From NCBI GenBank assembly GCA_963731995.1, contig CAVSXV010000013.1, positions 227,310-291,309 of the forward strand: a stretch of 64,000 bases of DNA. Reading direction: 5' to 3'. The position numbers and the translations under genes were made by a program. The notes below the pieces were generated by a model that saw nothing but the letters and a program-made list of their open reading frames with translations, made no database searches and was not told the origin of the DNA. Shown here piece after piece: positions 6,594 through 15,963 of the stretch. Source of the stretch: an uncultured Chloroflexia bacterium (GTDB taxonomy: Bacteria; Chloroflexota; Limnocylindria; Limnocylindrales; CSP1-4). Every line of letters starts with the position of its first letter. Position 1 is the stretch's first letter.

Positions 6594-9200
6594 GTGACGA
6601 CCCGGGCGAACGTGAACGCACACAGCCGGCTGCCCTCCGGCGTGGTCACCTTCCTGTTCACCGACATCGAAGGCTCGACGCGCCTTTCGCAGTCGCTCGG
6701 CGAGGCGTTCCCCGAAGTCATCGATCGTCACCACGCGCTCATGCGCAGGGCCATCACCGATGGCGGCGGCACCGTGATCTCCACCGAGGGCGACGCGTTC
6801 TTCGCGGTCTTCGTCGATCCGCTCGAGGCGGTCGTGGCCGCAGCCGACGCACAGCGCCACCTCGCGCGCGAAGCCTGGCCGCGAGGACCGGCGGTGCGCG
6901 TACGGATGGGCCTGCACACCGGCCTCGCGCGGCGCGGTGGCGACGACTATGCCGGGGTCGAGGTCAATCGCGCGGCACGCATCTCGGGCGCGGGTCACGG
7001 CGGGCAGGTGCTGGTCTCCGCGAGCACTGCCGGCCACGTCGCGGACACCCTCCCCGACGGACTCGGGCTGCGCGATCTCGGCGCCATCGTGCTCAAGGAC
7101 TTCGAGGTCGGCCAGCGCATCTGGCAACTCGAGATCGCGGGGCTGCCGCACGAGTTCCCGCCCCTGCGTGCCGTACGCCCGGGCCGTCTGCCCCAGCCAC
7201 TCACCTCGTTCCTCGGTCGGGACGAGGTCGATCGTACCGCGCGCCTCGTGCGCGAGCGACGGCTGGTCACACTCACCGGACCGGGCGGCACCGGCAAGAC
7301 ACGCGTTTCGATCGAGGCGGCGCGTGAGCTGCAGCCGGAGTTCGCCGGCGGCACCTGGTTCGTGCCGCTCGAGACGATCCGCGACCGCGCCCTGGTGTTG
7401 CCCGAGATCGCCGACCAACTGGGCATCGCGGCCAAACCGGGCCAGCCGCTGCTCGAGAGCGTGGCCAGGGCCGTCGGTGACAGCCCGACCTTGCTGCTGC
7501 TCGACAACCTCGAGCAGGTGGTGGCAGCCGGCCCGGAACTCGCGGGCCTGCTGCAGTCGACACCTGGCCTGCACATCCTCGCGACCAGTCGCGAGCCACT
7601 CCGGATCGAAGGCGAGCAGGAGCTGCCGGTGCCGGTGCTGGACGGCGACCTGGCGGTCAAGCTGTTCATCGAGCGCGCCCGGCAGGTGCGCCCCGACCTC
7701 GACCCCGACGCGGCTGAACGCGAGCAGCTGCGCGAGCTGGTACGACGCCTCGACCACCTGCCCTTGGCCATCGAGCTGGCGGCTGCGCGCGCACGACGGC
7801 TCAGCGTCGCCGCGCTTTGCCAGCAGGTCCCGGCCTCGCTCGCCGACCTGGGCTCGGGACGACGGGATGCGGCCGATCGCCAGCGGACCCTGCGCGGCGC
7901 GGTGGCCTGGAGCCATGAGCTGCTCGACGACGGTGAGCGCCTGACGTTCGACCGCTTCGCGGTCTTCTCGGGGGGAGCCGAGCTCGGGCAGGTCGGTCCC
8001 GTCATCGATCCGGAACGTCCTGCCCACGAGATCCTTGACGATCTTGAGTCGCTGGCGGACAAGAGCCTGCTGGTCATCAGTGACGGCTCCCACGATGTTC
8101 CACGGGCCCGCATGCTCGAGACGATCCATGCCTATGCTGCGGAGCGCCTCGAGCAGGATGTGCAAGCGACAGCGATCAGGGCGCGGCACGCCCGCGCCTT
8201 CCTCGAATTCAGCGAGACCATCGAACCCGAGCTCAAGAGCGACCGGTCCGATGCCGCGCTCGCGCGCGCCGAGGCTGAACACGACAACATCCGTGCGGCA
8301 CTCGATTGGGCGCTCGAGCACGACCCTGCGCTGGGTCTGCGCATCGGCGGCGCCATCTGGCGCTTCTGGCAGCAGCGATCCCACCTCGAGGAAGCGCAGC
8401 GGCGGCTCGAAGCCCTCCTCGATGCGGCCGACCGAGAAGCGGATCCATGCGCGACCGGCCGAGGCTACACGGCGCTCGGCGGGACCCGCTACTGGCAGGG
8501 CGACTACGAGACCGCCCAGCTGGCCTACGAGCGCGCCGTCGATCACTACCGCACCTGCGGCGATCAGCGCGCCCTGGCAGGTGCGCTCTACGACCTCTCG
8601 TACCCGGTCGCCTTCCGCGGTGACCATGCGGGCGGGAGGGAGCTCAACGAGCAGAGCCAGCGCATCTTCGAAGCCATCGGCGACCGGGCGGGGATCGCCC
8701 TCGTGAAGGAGGGGCAGGCCTTGCTGGCGGTGATGGCCGGTGACTACCGACGGGCGCGCAGCCTGCAGTCCGACGTGATCGACTACGTTCGCTCGAGCGG
8801 CGGACTGTTCCAGCTCTCGGACAACCTCGGCCTGCTGGTCGTCATCGAGTCCCGGCTCGGACAGATCGCGGAGGCACGGGCCCACCTTGACGAGATGCGG
8901 GAGCTGCAGCGCCGTCTGCGTGATCGCTCGGGCCTGGCGGCGGCGCTGGAGGTCCGCGCCGTGCTGGCGGTCAGCGAGGGCGACGATGAGACGGCGGCCC
9001 TGTGCGCCGGCGCGCTGCAGGGTATACGCGACACGGGTGCCGGCACGCTGGTGCCATCCGAGACCTTGGACTTCTACGACGTGTCGGACGTGGCTCGTGA
9101 ACGGCTTGGGCAACGCTACGAGGACTTCTTCGAGGCCGGGCGTGCGCTGGCCCCCGAAGAGGTCTTCCTGACCGATGGCCTGGCGGCGGACCTCGCTTGA
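6594..9200 (+). CDS. class III adenylate/guanylate cyclase domain fused to a STAND (NB-ARC-like) ATPase and C-terminal TPR repeats
   Basis: VVTFLFTDIEGSTRL..GDAFFAVF..GLHTG..GVEVNRAARI (cyclase). LTGPGGTGKTRV Walker A at 7278-7301, LLLLDNLEQV Walker B-like, then long helical repeats (YDLSYP, AYERAVDHY). Start is uncertain: GTG 6594 is chosen, while the track ORF opens at 6177 inside the repeat tract. Confidence 0.85.
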   Translation: MTTRANVNAHSRLPSGVVTFLFTDIEGSTRLSQSLGEAFPEVIDRHHALMRRAITDGGGTVISTEGDAFFAVFVDPLEAVVAAADAQRHLAREAWPRGPAVRVRMGLHTGLARRGGDDYAGVEVNRAARISGAGHGGQVLVSASTAGHVADTLPDGLGLRDLGAIVLKDFEVGQRIWQLEIAGLPHEFPPLRAVRPGRLPQPLTSFLGRDEVDRTARLVRERRLVTLTGPGGTGKTRVSIEAARELQPEFAGGTWFVPLETIRDRALVLPEIADQLGIAAKPGQPLLESVARAVGDSPTLLLLDNLEQVVAAGPELAGLLQSTPGLHILATSREPLRIEGEQELPVPVLDGDLAVKLFIERARQVRPDLDPDAAEREQLRELVRRLDHLPLAIELAAARARRLSVAALCQQVPASLADLGSGRRDAADRQRTLRGAVAWSHELLDDGERLTFDRFAVFSGGAELGQVGPVIDPERPAHEILDDLESLADKSLLVISDGSHDVPRARMLETIHAYAAERLEQDVQATAIRARHARAFLEFSETIEPELKSDRSDAALARAEAEHDNIRAALDWALEHDPALGLRIGGAIWRFWQQRSHLEEAQRRLEALLDAADREADPCATGRGYTALGGTRYWQGDYETAQLAYERAVDHYRTCGDQRALAGALYDLSYPVAFRGDHAGGRELNEQSQRIFEAIGDRAGIALVKEGQALLAVMAGDYRRARSLQSDVIDYVRSSGGLFQLSDNLGLLVVIESRLGQIAEARAHLDEMRELQRRLRDRSGLAAALEVRAVLAVSEGDDETAALCAGALQGIRDTGAGTLVPSETLDFYDVSDVARERLGQRYEDFFEAGRALAPEEVFLTDGLAADLA

Positions 9201-9934
9201 GCTCCACCCGTGGCCGTGCCTACGTCGGCACCAGCGGCTTCTCGTACCCTGGGTGGGTGCCCCGCTTCTATGCGCCGGGCAAGGCCAGCCGCAAACTGCT
9301 CGCGGCCTACGCCACCCGGCTGCCCGCGGTGGAGCTCCATAACACCTTCTTCCGACGGCCGAACGAGCAGCAGATCCAGAAGTGGATGCGCGAGACCGGT
9401 CCCGACTTCCGCTTCTGTCCCAAGGCCCAGCGATCGACCTCCTGGCGGGCCTTCGGCGAGCCCGACCCGACCGAGTCGATCCGCTGGCTGACCGAAGCCC
9501 TCGAGGGCTTCGGGGAGCGGCTCGGCAGCGTGCTGCTATCGCTGCGGGCCACGGTCCAACGCGACGACGAGACGCTCGAACGAGCGCTGTCCGCCTGGCC
9601 CACCGCGGTGCCGCTGGCCCTCGAGCTGCTCCATCCGAGCTGGCATGTCCCAGCCGTTCGAGAGCGAGCCGCGCAGCATCGAGTGACCCTGGTGGCGACC
9701 GACCTCGAGGGCCGCGACGAACCGAGCCTGCACGACGGCGGCGGCTTCACCTACCTGCGGTTGCGCCGAACGGCTTACACCGACGCTGACATCGAACGTT
9801 GGGCGACACGGCTGGAGGCGATGCTGGCTGCTGGGACCGATGTCTTCGTCTTCTTCCGCCACGACGACGACGGGCAGATGGCGCTCCAGGCCGAAGCCAT
9901 GCTGGGACGCTTGTCGGCCTTCGTGGGACGGTGA
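9197..9934 (+). CDS. DUF72 family protein (YecE-like)
   Basis: GRAYVGTSGFSYPGWVPRFY..LPAVELHNTFFRRP..FRFCPKA. TTG start overlaps the cyclase stop by 4 nt. Confidence 0.8.
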   Translation: MSSTRGRAYVGTSGFSYPGWVPRFYAPGKASRKLLAAYATRLPAVELHNTFFRRPNEQQIQKWMRETGPDFRFCPKAQRSTSWRAFGEPDPTESIRWLTEALEGFGERLGSVLLSLRATVQRDDETLERALSAWPTAVPLALELLHPSWHVPAVRERAAQHRVTLVATDLEGRDEPSLHDGGGFTYLRLRRTAYTDADIERWATRLEAMLAAGTDVFVFFRHDDDGQMALQAEAMLGRLSAFVGR

Positions 9935-10007
9935 CCTCGACGGCGTAGGATGGGAGCACTTCCCCGCTTTCGAGACACATCGCGCCCTGCGCGCGCAAGG
10001 AGACGCC

Positions 10008-10457
10008 ATGAACGCACCCGACGAGACCGTCGCCAAGGCCCTGCAGTCCACGCTCGCGGAGCTCATCGACCTGGCGCTGCTGGGCAAGCAGGCCCACTGG
10101 AGCGTGGTCGGGCCGCAGTTCCGCTCGGTCCACCTCGAGCTCGATGAGATCGTCGACCTCGCGCGCATCTCGTACGACCGCGTGGCCGAGCGCCTGGCCA
10201 CCATCGGCGTGGCGCCCGATGGCCGTGCCGAGACGGTCGCCAACACCAGCGAGCTGCCGCCCTTCCCCGAAGGCTTCGTGCCCGCCACCGAGACCGTGCA
10301 GCGCGTGACCCAGTCGATGGACACGATCGCTCTGCGACTCAAGGAGCGGATCGTCGCGATCGGCGACGACGACGCGGTCAGCCAGGACATCCTCATCGGC
10401 ACCACTGATGAGATCGAGAAGGCTGCCTGGATGCTGCGTTCGCAGCTGACGATGTAG
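10008..10457 (+). CDS. dps: Dps-family DNA-protection/ferritin-like protein
   Basis: LIDLALLGKQAHWSVVGPQFRSVHLELDE. ATG 10008 is preceded by AAGGAG. The track ORF start 9840 overlaps DUF72. Confidence 0.9.
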   Translation: MNAPDETVAKALQSTLAELIDLALLGKQAHWSVVGPQFRSVHLELDEIVDLARISYDRVAERLATIGVAPDGRAETVANTSELPPFPEGFVPATETVQRVTQSMDTIALRLKERIVAIGDDDAVSQDILIGTTDEIEKAAWMLRSQLTM

Positions 10458-10692
10458 CCACCGGCGCGAGGTGCGCCGACCAAGACGACGAGCGGCGTCC
10501 ACCATCGGAGTGGGCGCCGTTGCCGTTTGCGCAGCTCTTGGTGTGGCTTCTGGGCATGGGCCATGGCTCCCGCGGCCAGCGGCGCGGTGGGAGCAGCGCC
10601 TCGCGGCACCGATCGTGCCCCGTTCCTTCGGCGCGGGGATGGACCGGCCGGGACCGACATTCCACGATGGGTGCGGGAAGTGCAGTAGCGCC

Positions 10693-10720
10693 TTGACAAC
10701 GGAGGGCTCGGTGCTATCCT
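10693..10720 (+). promoter_or_regulatory. sigma-70-type promoter candidate for the BMC operon
   Basis: TTGACA (10693-10698), 16-nt spacer, TATCCT (10715-10720), about 30 nt upstream of the SorC start. Confidence 0.5.
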
Positions 10721-10748
10721 CGCCACATATGAGCAGTAGTCTGCACAA

Positions 10749-11702
10749 ATGAGCATGCCAACCCAGATGGGCGACACGCGCCTGATGCTTCGTGCTGCCC
10801 AGCTCTACTACCACGGAGACCTGACCCAGGACGCGGTCGGCAAGCGCCTCGGCGTCAGCCGCTTCAAGGTGGGCCGGCTGCTCGACCGGGCCATCCGTGA
10901 GCAGGCGGTACGCATCGAGATCGTCCATCCGGCCGCACGGCTGGTGGCCCTCGAGGACGCACTCGTCGAGCGCTTCGGCCTGGACGACGCGGTGGTCGTC
11001 GATGTCCCCGCCCCCGAGGATGAACAGCTCGCCCGTGAGCGTGTGGCCGCGGCGGCCGCAGAACTGCTCACCGTGATCGGCCCGTCGGGCGTCATCGGCG
11101 TCTCCTGGGGTCGCACCATGATGGAGCTGGCGGCCCGCCTCCAACCCGGCTGGACCAGCGCCGACCAGATCGTCCAGCTCAACGGCGCCATCAGCCGCTC
11201 CGCCCAGCCCACGCGCTACCAGGAGGTCGTCGAGCGCTTCGGGACCACCACCGGCGCCGCCATCCAACTGATGCCCGCGCCGGCCATCGTGGGTACACCA
11301 GAGCTGCGTGCGGCACTCGAGGCGGACCCCTCGGTGGCCAGACCGCTCAAGGCCGCCCGCCACGCCGGCAGCGCCGTCTTCGGCATGGGTGTCATGGGTG
11401 CGGAGTCCGTGCACGTGGCTTCGGGCTACCTCGACCGCGGTGACCTGCAGCGCCTGACCAGGGCCGGCGCCGTCGGGGACGTGCTCGGCCGCTTCATCAC
11501 GGTCGAGGGCCAGGTCGCACTGCCCTCCCTCGACGAACGCACGGTCGGCTTGCCCCTCGGCGAACTGTGCGGCAAGCACACGGTCGGCCTCGCTGCCGGC
11601 CCCGGTCGCGGCCCGGTCGCCGTCGGAGCCCTGCGCACGGGCTGCATCAAGAGCTTCGTGACCGACGAGGCCACGGCCGAGTGGGTACTCGCACATGACT
11701 GA
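10749..11702 (+). CDS. SorC/DeoR-type sugar-phosphate-binding transcriptional regulator
   Basis: N-terminal HTH LTQDAVGKRLGVSRFKVGRLL plus a SorC-type effector domain (GVSWGRTM..VVQLNG). Overlaps rpiB by 8 nt. Confidence 0.85.
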   Translation: MSMPTQMGDTRLMLRAAQLYYHGDLTQDAVGKRLGVSRFKVGRLLDRAIREQAVRIEIVHPAARLVALEDALVERFGLDDAVVVDVPAPEDEQLARERVAAAAAELLTVIGPSGVIGVSWGRTMMELAARLQPGWTSADQIVQLNGAISRSAQPTRYQEVVERFGTTTGAAIQLMPAPAIVGTPELRAALEADPSVARPLKAARHAGSAVFGMGVMGAESVHVASGYLDRGDLQRLTRAGAVGDVLGRFITVEGQVALPSLDERTVGLPLGELCGKHTVGLAAGPGRGPVAVGALRTGCIKSFVTDEATAEWVLAHD

Positions 11703-12276
11703 GCCACGGACACCATCGGCGGATGAGGTACGAGCCCTGGTCCGGCGCATCGTCGACCAGACACTGGAGGCCGACCCCGGACCCGCTCCCGCAGCCGAGG
11801 GCCGAACCGGCGTGGCCATCGCCGGCGACCACGGGGGCTGGCGCCTGAAGGACGCTATCCGGACGTGGCTCGAGGAGCACGGGTACACCGTGCGCGACTG
11901 CGGCACCCACAGTGACGAGGCGGTCGACTATCCGGACCTCGCTCTCGCGGTGGCCCAACTGGTCGCCGACGGTACCTGCAGCTGGGGCATCGTCGTGGAT
12001 GGCGCCGGCATCGGCTCAGCCATGGCGGCCAACAAGGTGCCCGGCGTGCGTGCCGCCAACTGCCACGACATCTCGTCTGCTCGCAACAGCCGCGAGCACA
12101 ACTACGCCAACGTGCTGACACTGGGTTCGGGCTTCCTGGGCACCGCACTGGCGCTCCAGGTGGTCGAGACCTGGCTGGACACCGACTGGGGCGCCGAGCG
12201 CCACGGCCGCCGTGTCGACAAGATCACGGCCATCGAACGCAGCTACACCGGTGTCCCCGGGGGAAAGGACCGATGA
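11695..12276 (+). CDS. rpiB: RpiB/LacA/LacB-family sugar-phosphate isomerase with ~38-aa N-terminal extension
   Basis: [38 protein letters not shown]. The extension contains [17 protein letters not shown]. Confidence 0.9.
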   Translation: MTEPRTPSADEVRALVRRIVDQTLEADPGPAPAAEGRTGVAIAGDHGGWRLKDAIRTWLEEHGYTVRDCGTHSDEAVDYPDLALAVAQLVADGTCSWGIVVDGAGIGSAMAANKVPGVRAANCHDISSARNSREHNYANVLTLGSGFLGTALALQVVETWLDTDWGAERHGRRVDKITAIERSYTGVPGGKDR

Positions 12277-13157
12277 CTGACTCCAGCAACGACCGCGACG
12301 CGCTCGTGGAGGCCATCACCCGAGAGGTGCTCGCCGCCCTCGGCACGGGCGCTGCCCAGAGCGGGGACGACCCCTGTGCCGGCTGCCTGCGGAGCTGCGC
12401 CTCGGACTGCGCCACCAAGGTGCGCTCGCTCATGGCTGAGGGCGCCGATCGCATCGAATACCACGGTCCTGCGGCCGACGTGCCCCTCGACCTCGCGCGC
12501 TACATCGACCACACGCTCCTGAAGCCCGACGCCAGCGCCGCCGATATCGACAAGCTCTGCGACGAGGCCGCCCAGCACGGCTTCGCCTCGGTCTGCGTGA
12601 ACCCCACCTGGGTGCGCCGTGCTGCGGTCCGGCTACGTGACACAGACGTGGCGGTGGCCTCGGTCATCGGGTTCCCCTTCGGGGCCACCCCCTCGGACGT
12701 GAAGGCCTTCGAGGCTCGCCGGGCCTGCCGCGACGGCGCTCGCGAGATCGACATGGTCATCAACATCGGCGCCCTCAAGAGTGGTGACTTCGAGCTCGTG
12801 CGGTCGGACATCGCACGTGTCAGCGACGCCTGCCACGAGTCGGGCGCCATCAACAAGGTCATCATCGAGGCGGCGCTGCTCTCCGACGCGGAGAAGATCA
12901 TCGCCTCGCGCCTGGCGAAGGAAGCCAGGGCAGACATGGTCAAGACCTCGACCGGCTACGCCAAGGGCGGAGCCACCATCTACGACGTCGCGCTCATGCG
13001 CGAGACGGTCGGACCCAGGATGGGCGTCAAGGCAGCCGGCGGCATCCGCACGGCTGAGGATGTACAGGAGATGATCGCGGCCGGTGCCACCCGCATCGGT
13101 GCCTCGGCCGGCGTCAAGATCGTGAGCGGACAGGGAGGCGCCAGTGGCGGGTATTGA
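12273..13157 (+). CDS. deoC: deoxyribose-phosphate aldolase (DERA) with ~75-aa N-terminal extension
   Basis: [51 protein letters not shown], collinear with short-type DeoC. ATGA overlap with rpiB. Confidence 0.9.
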   Translation: MTDSSNDRDALVEAITREVLAALGTGAAQSGDDPCAGCLRSCASDCATKVRSLMAEGADRIEYHGPAADVPLDLARYIDHTLLKPDASAADIDKLCDEAAQHGFASVCVNPTWVRRAAVRLRDTDVAVASVIGFPFGATPSDVKAFEARRACRDGAREIDMVINIGALKSGDFELVRSDIARVSDACHESGAINKVIIEAALLSDAEKIIASRLAKEARADMVKTSTGYAKGGATIYDVALMRETVGPRMGVKAAGGIRTAEDVQEMIAAGATRIGASAGVKIVSGQGGASGGY

Positions 13158-13770
13158 GCTCCGGGCCTATTCATTCATCGACAGCCTGCAGGCCCAGTAC
13201 GCGGCCTTCCTGGGCACCGTCGCGCAGGGCTTCCTGCCCCTCGCGGGCGACGCCTCACTGTCGATCGAGATCTCGCCCGGCATCGAGATCAACCGACTGA
13301 CGGACATCGCCCTGAAGTCCACCAACGTCAAGCCGGGCATGCAGATCATCGAGCGCTACTACGGCATGCTCGAGATCCACTCGCCCGAGCAGTCCGAGGT
13401 GCGCGCTGCCGGCGCCGCCATCCTCGACGAGATCGGGCTCAAGGAGACCGACCGCCTCAAGCCGGTGGTGGCCTCGAGCCAGATCATCCGACGCATCGAC
13501 GACCACCAGGCGCAGCTCATCAACCGCACGCGCCACGGCCAGATGCTGATCCCGGGCCAGACCCTGTACGTACTCGAGATGGAACCGGCGGCCTACGCCG
13601 CGCTGGCGGCCAACGAGGCGGAGAAGGCGGCGGACATCAATGTCCTCGAGGTCCGCAACTTCGGCTCCATGGGTCGCATCTACCTCGGCGGCGAGGAGCG
13701 CGACATCGACGTCGGCTGGCGCGCCGCCCTGGCCGCGGTCGAGGGCCTGGAGGGTCGCGACGCGAAGTAA
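13144..13770 (+). CDS. BMC-T shell protein, CcmP/CsoS1D-like tandem permuted BMC domains
   Basis: [72 protein letters not shown]. Closely recalls the CcmP sequence from memory. 208 aa. Confidence 0.85.
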   Translation: MAGIELRAYSFIDSLQAQYAAFLGTVAQGFLPLAGDASLSIEISPGIEINRLTDIALKSTNVKPGMQIIERYYGMLEIHSPEQSEVRAAGAAILDEIGLKETDRLKPVVASSQIIRRIDDHQAQLINRTRHGQMLIPGQTLYVLEMEPAAYAALAANEAEKAADINVLEVRNFGSMGRIYLGGEERDIDVGWRAALAAVEGLEGRDAK

Positions 13771-13831
13771 CGGCCGACCGATCCACACACGAGACCACTG
13801 AGCAAGGCACCGAACAAGGGAGAACGAACAG

Positions 13832-14146
13832 ATGGCAGAAGCTCTGGGAATGATCGAGGCCCGCGGGTTCACCGCGGTGGTCGAGGCCGCCGACGCGATG
13901 GTCAAGGCCGCCAAGGTCGAGCTGGTCAGCTATGAGAAGACCGGTGGCGGATACGTCACGGCCGTGGTCCGCGGTGACGTCGCGGCCGTCAAGGCCGCGG
14001 TCGATGCCGGCGTGCGCAACGCCGAGAAGGTCGGTGAGGTCGTGAGCAGTCACGTCATCGCCCGCCCGCACACCAACGTCGACCTCGTCATGCCGTTGGG
14101 TCGGCTGGCTGAGGCTGAGGCCGAGACGGGCAGCAAGAAGAAGTAG
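13832..14146 (+). CDS. BMC-H shell protein (PduA/EutM-like hexamer)
   Basis: [66 protein letters not shown] upstream. Confidence 0.95.
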   Translation: MAEALGMIEARGFTAVVEAADAMVKAAKVELVSYEKTGGGYVTAVVRGDVAAVKAAVDAGVRNAEKVGEVVSSHVIARPHTNVDLVMPLGRLAEAEAETGSKKK

Positions 14147-14205
14147 CGACGGAACGGGCGTCGGGCCTCCGGCTCGGCGCCTAACCCGGAAGAGGCGGAC
14201 CAAGC

Positions 14206-14493
14206 ATGTTGCTCGGACGAGTGACCGGCACGGTCGTGGCTAGCCGCAAGGAACCACTGACCGAAGGCTGGAAGCTCCTCGTCGTGCGCCAGCTCGACGC
14301 GGAGGACAAGGAGACCGGCGGCTACGTCGTCGCGGCCGATGCGGTCGGGGCCGGCGTAGGCGAGGTCGTGCTGTACGCGAGCGGCAGCTCTGCGCGCAAC
14401 ACCGAGACCACCAGGGACAAGCCCTGTGACGCGGTGATCATGGCCATCGTCGACCAGTGGGAGGTCGAGGGAAAGGAGATCTACCGCAAGTAG
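14206..14493 (+). CDS. BMC-P vertex protein (EutN/CcmL family) 1
   Basis: [48 protein letters not shown]. Confidence 0.9.
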   Translation: MLLGRVTGTVVASRKEPLTEGWKLLVVRQLDAEDKETGGYVVAADAVGAGVGEVVLYASGSSARNTETTRDKPCDAVIMAIVDQWEVEGKEIYRK

Positions 14494-14505
14494 CGGGACC
14501 CTCAG

Positions 14506-15963
14506 ATGATGGACGAACGCGAGATCGCACAGATCATCGAACGGGTGCAGCAACGCCTGGCCACGGTCGACGGGGCACACCCGGGCAGGGGGCTGCAGGC
14601 GGGCGCCGAGCTGGCCAAGGCAGCCGAGGTCGAGCTGGGCGATGGCATCCATGCCACCGTCGACGACGCGGTGGCCGCGGCTGAGCGCGCCTTCCGCGCC
14701 TTCGGCGACCACGGGCTCGAGCGGCGGGTGACCGTCATCGAGGCGGTGCGTGCGGCCATGCTCGGGCACGCCGAGCAGCTCGCGCGCATGGCCCATCGCG
14801 AGACGGGCATCGGACGGTACGACGACAAGGTCGTCAAGAACCGCCTGGTCGCGACCAAGGCGCCGGGCCCCGAGGACCTCGAGGTCCAGGCCGTGTCGGG
14901 TGACAACGGCATGATGGTCACCGAGTGGGCGCCCTTCGGCATCGTCGGCGCCATCACACCGGTCACCAACCCCACCTCGACCATCATCAACAACACCATC
15001 AGCATCGTCAGCGCCGGCAACGCGGTCGTCTTCAACGCGCATCCGTCGGCCAAGGCCTGTTCGGCAGAGACGATCCGGCTCATCAACCGCGCCATCGTCG
15101 CTGCGGGCGGCCCACCTGACCTGGTCACGGGTGTCGCGATCCCCACCATCGACAGCGCCCGCGCCGTGATGAACCATCCCGGGGTGCGCGTGCTGCTCGT
15201 GACCGGTGGCCCGGGCGTCGTGCGCGAGGCGCTCAGGACGGACAAGCGGGCCATCACCGCCGGTCCGGGCAACCCGCCTGCGGTAGTCGACCAGACGGCG
15301 GACATCGAGAAGGCCGGCCGGGACATCGTGCGTGGCTCCTCCTTCGACAACAACATCGTCTGCATCGACGAGAAGATCGTGCTCGCGGTCGACACCATCG
15401 CGGACCGGCTGCTGCGCGCGATGAGCCAGAACGGCGCCTACCTGCTCAAGGAGCACGAGCTCAGGAAGCTGGAGCGGGTCATCTTCAAGGAGCTTGGTCC
15501 GCCCAACAAGCCGGGCGTGATGAACCCCGCCTGGATCGGGGTGGACGCCTCCAGGATCCTCGCCGAGATCGGGGTGCAGGCGGACCCGGAGCCGCGGCTG
15601 CTGGTGGCCGACGTGCCGCGCGAGCACAGCCTGGCCTGGACCGAGCAGATGATGCCGGTGCTGCCTGTCGTGCGCGTGGGCCACGTCGATACCGCCATCG
15701 AGCTGGCGGTGCGCATGGAGCATGGCTTCCGCCACACGGCCTCCATCCACTCCAGGGACGTCGAGACCATCACGCGCATGGCTCGCGCCATGAACTGCTC
15801 CATCTTCGTGGCCAACGGGCCCAACCTGGGCGGGCTGGGCGCTGACGGCGAGGGCTTCACCTCGTTCTCCATCGCCTCCCCCACCGGTGACGGCATGACC
15901 CGACCACGCACCTTCTCGCGCGAGCGTCGCGTGACCGTGGTCGGCGCGTTGAGGATCGTGTAG
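14506..15963 (+). CDS. CoA-acylating aldehyde dehydrogenase (PduP/EutE-like) with N-terminal amphipathic helix
   Basis: ALDH fold with SFDNNIVCIDEK catalytic-Cys context. N-terminus MMDEREIAQIIERVQQRLA. Confidence 0.9.
   Translation: MMDEREIAQIIERVQQRLATVDGAHPGRGLQAGAELAKAAEVELGDGIHATVDDAVAAAERAFRAFGDHGLERRVTVIEAVRAAMLGHAEQLARMAHRETGIGRYDDKVVKNRLVATKAPGPEDLEVQAVSGDNGMMVTEWAPFGIVGAITPVTNPTSTIINNTISIVSAGNAVVFNAHPSAKACSAETIRLINRAIVAAGGPPDLVTGVAIPTIDSARAVMNHPGVRVLLVTGGPGVVREALRTDKRAITAGPGNPPAVVDQTADIEKAGRDIVRGSSFDNNIVCIDEKIVLAVDTIADRLLRAMSQNGAYLLKEHELRKLERVIFKELGPPNKPGVMNPAWIGVDASRILAEIGVQADPEPRLLVADVPREHSLAWTEQMMPVLPVVRVGHVDTAIELAVRMEHGFRHTASIHSRDVETITRMARAMNCSIFVANGPNLGGLGADGEGFTSFSIASPTGDGMTRPRTFSRERRVTVVGALRIV

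Noticed and set aside
5604-9113. 1169-aa ORF on the minus strand.
   Set aside because: It is antisense to the well-supported EamA and cyclase-STAND genes. The translation is Arg/Ala/Gly/Pro-rich with no motifs. This is a typical stop-codon-poor antisense frame in high-GC DNA.
9536-11906. 413-aa and 719-aa minus-strand ORFs.
   Set aside because: They are antisense to the DUF72, Dps, SorC and RpiB genes, and no family resemblance is visible. Similar antisense ORFs at 14050..15750, 25810..27354, 40496..42307 and 60553..63138 are rejected for the same reason.
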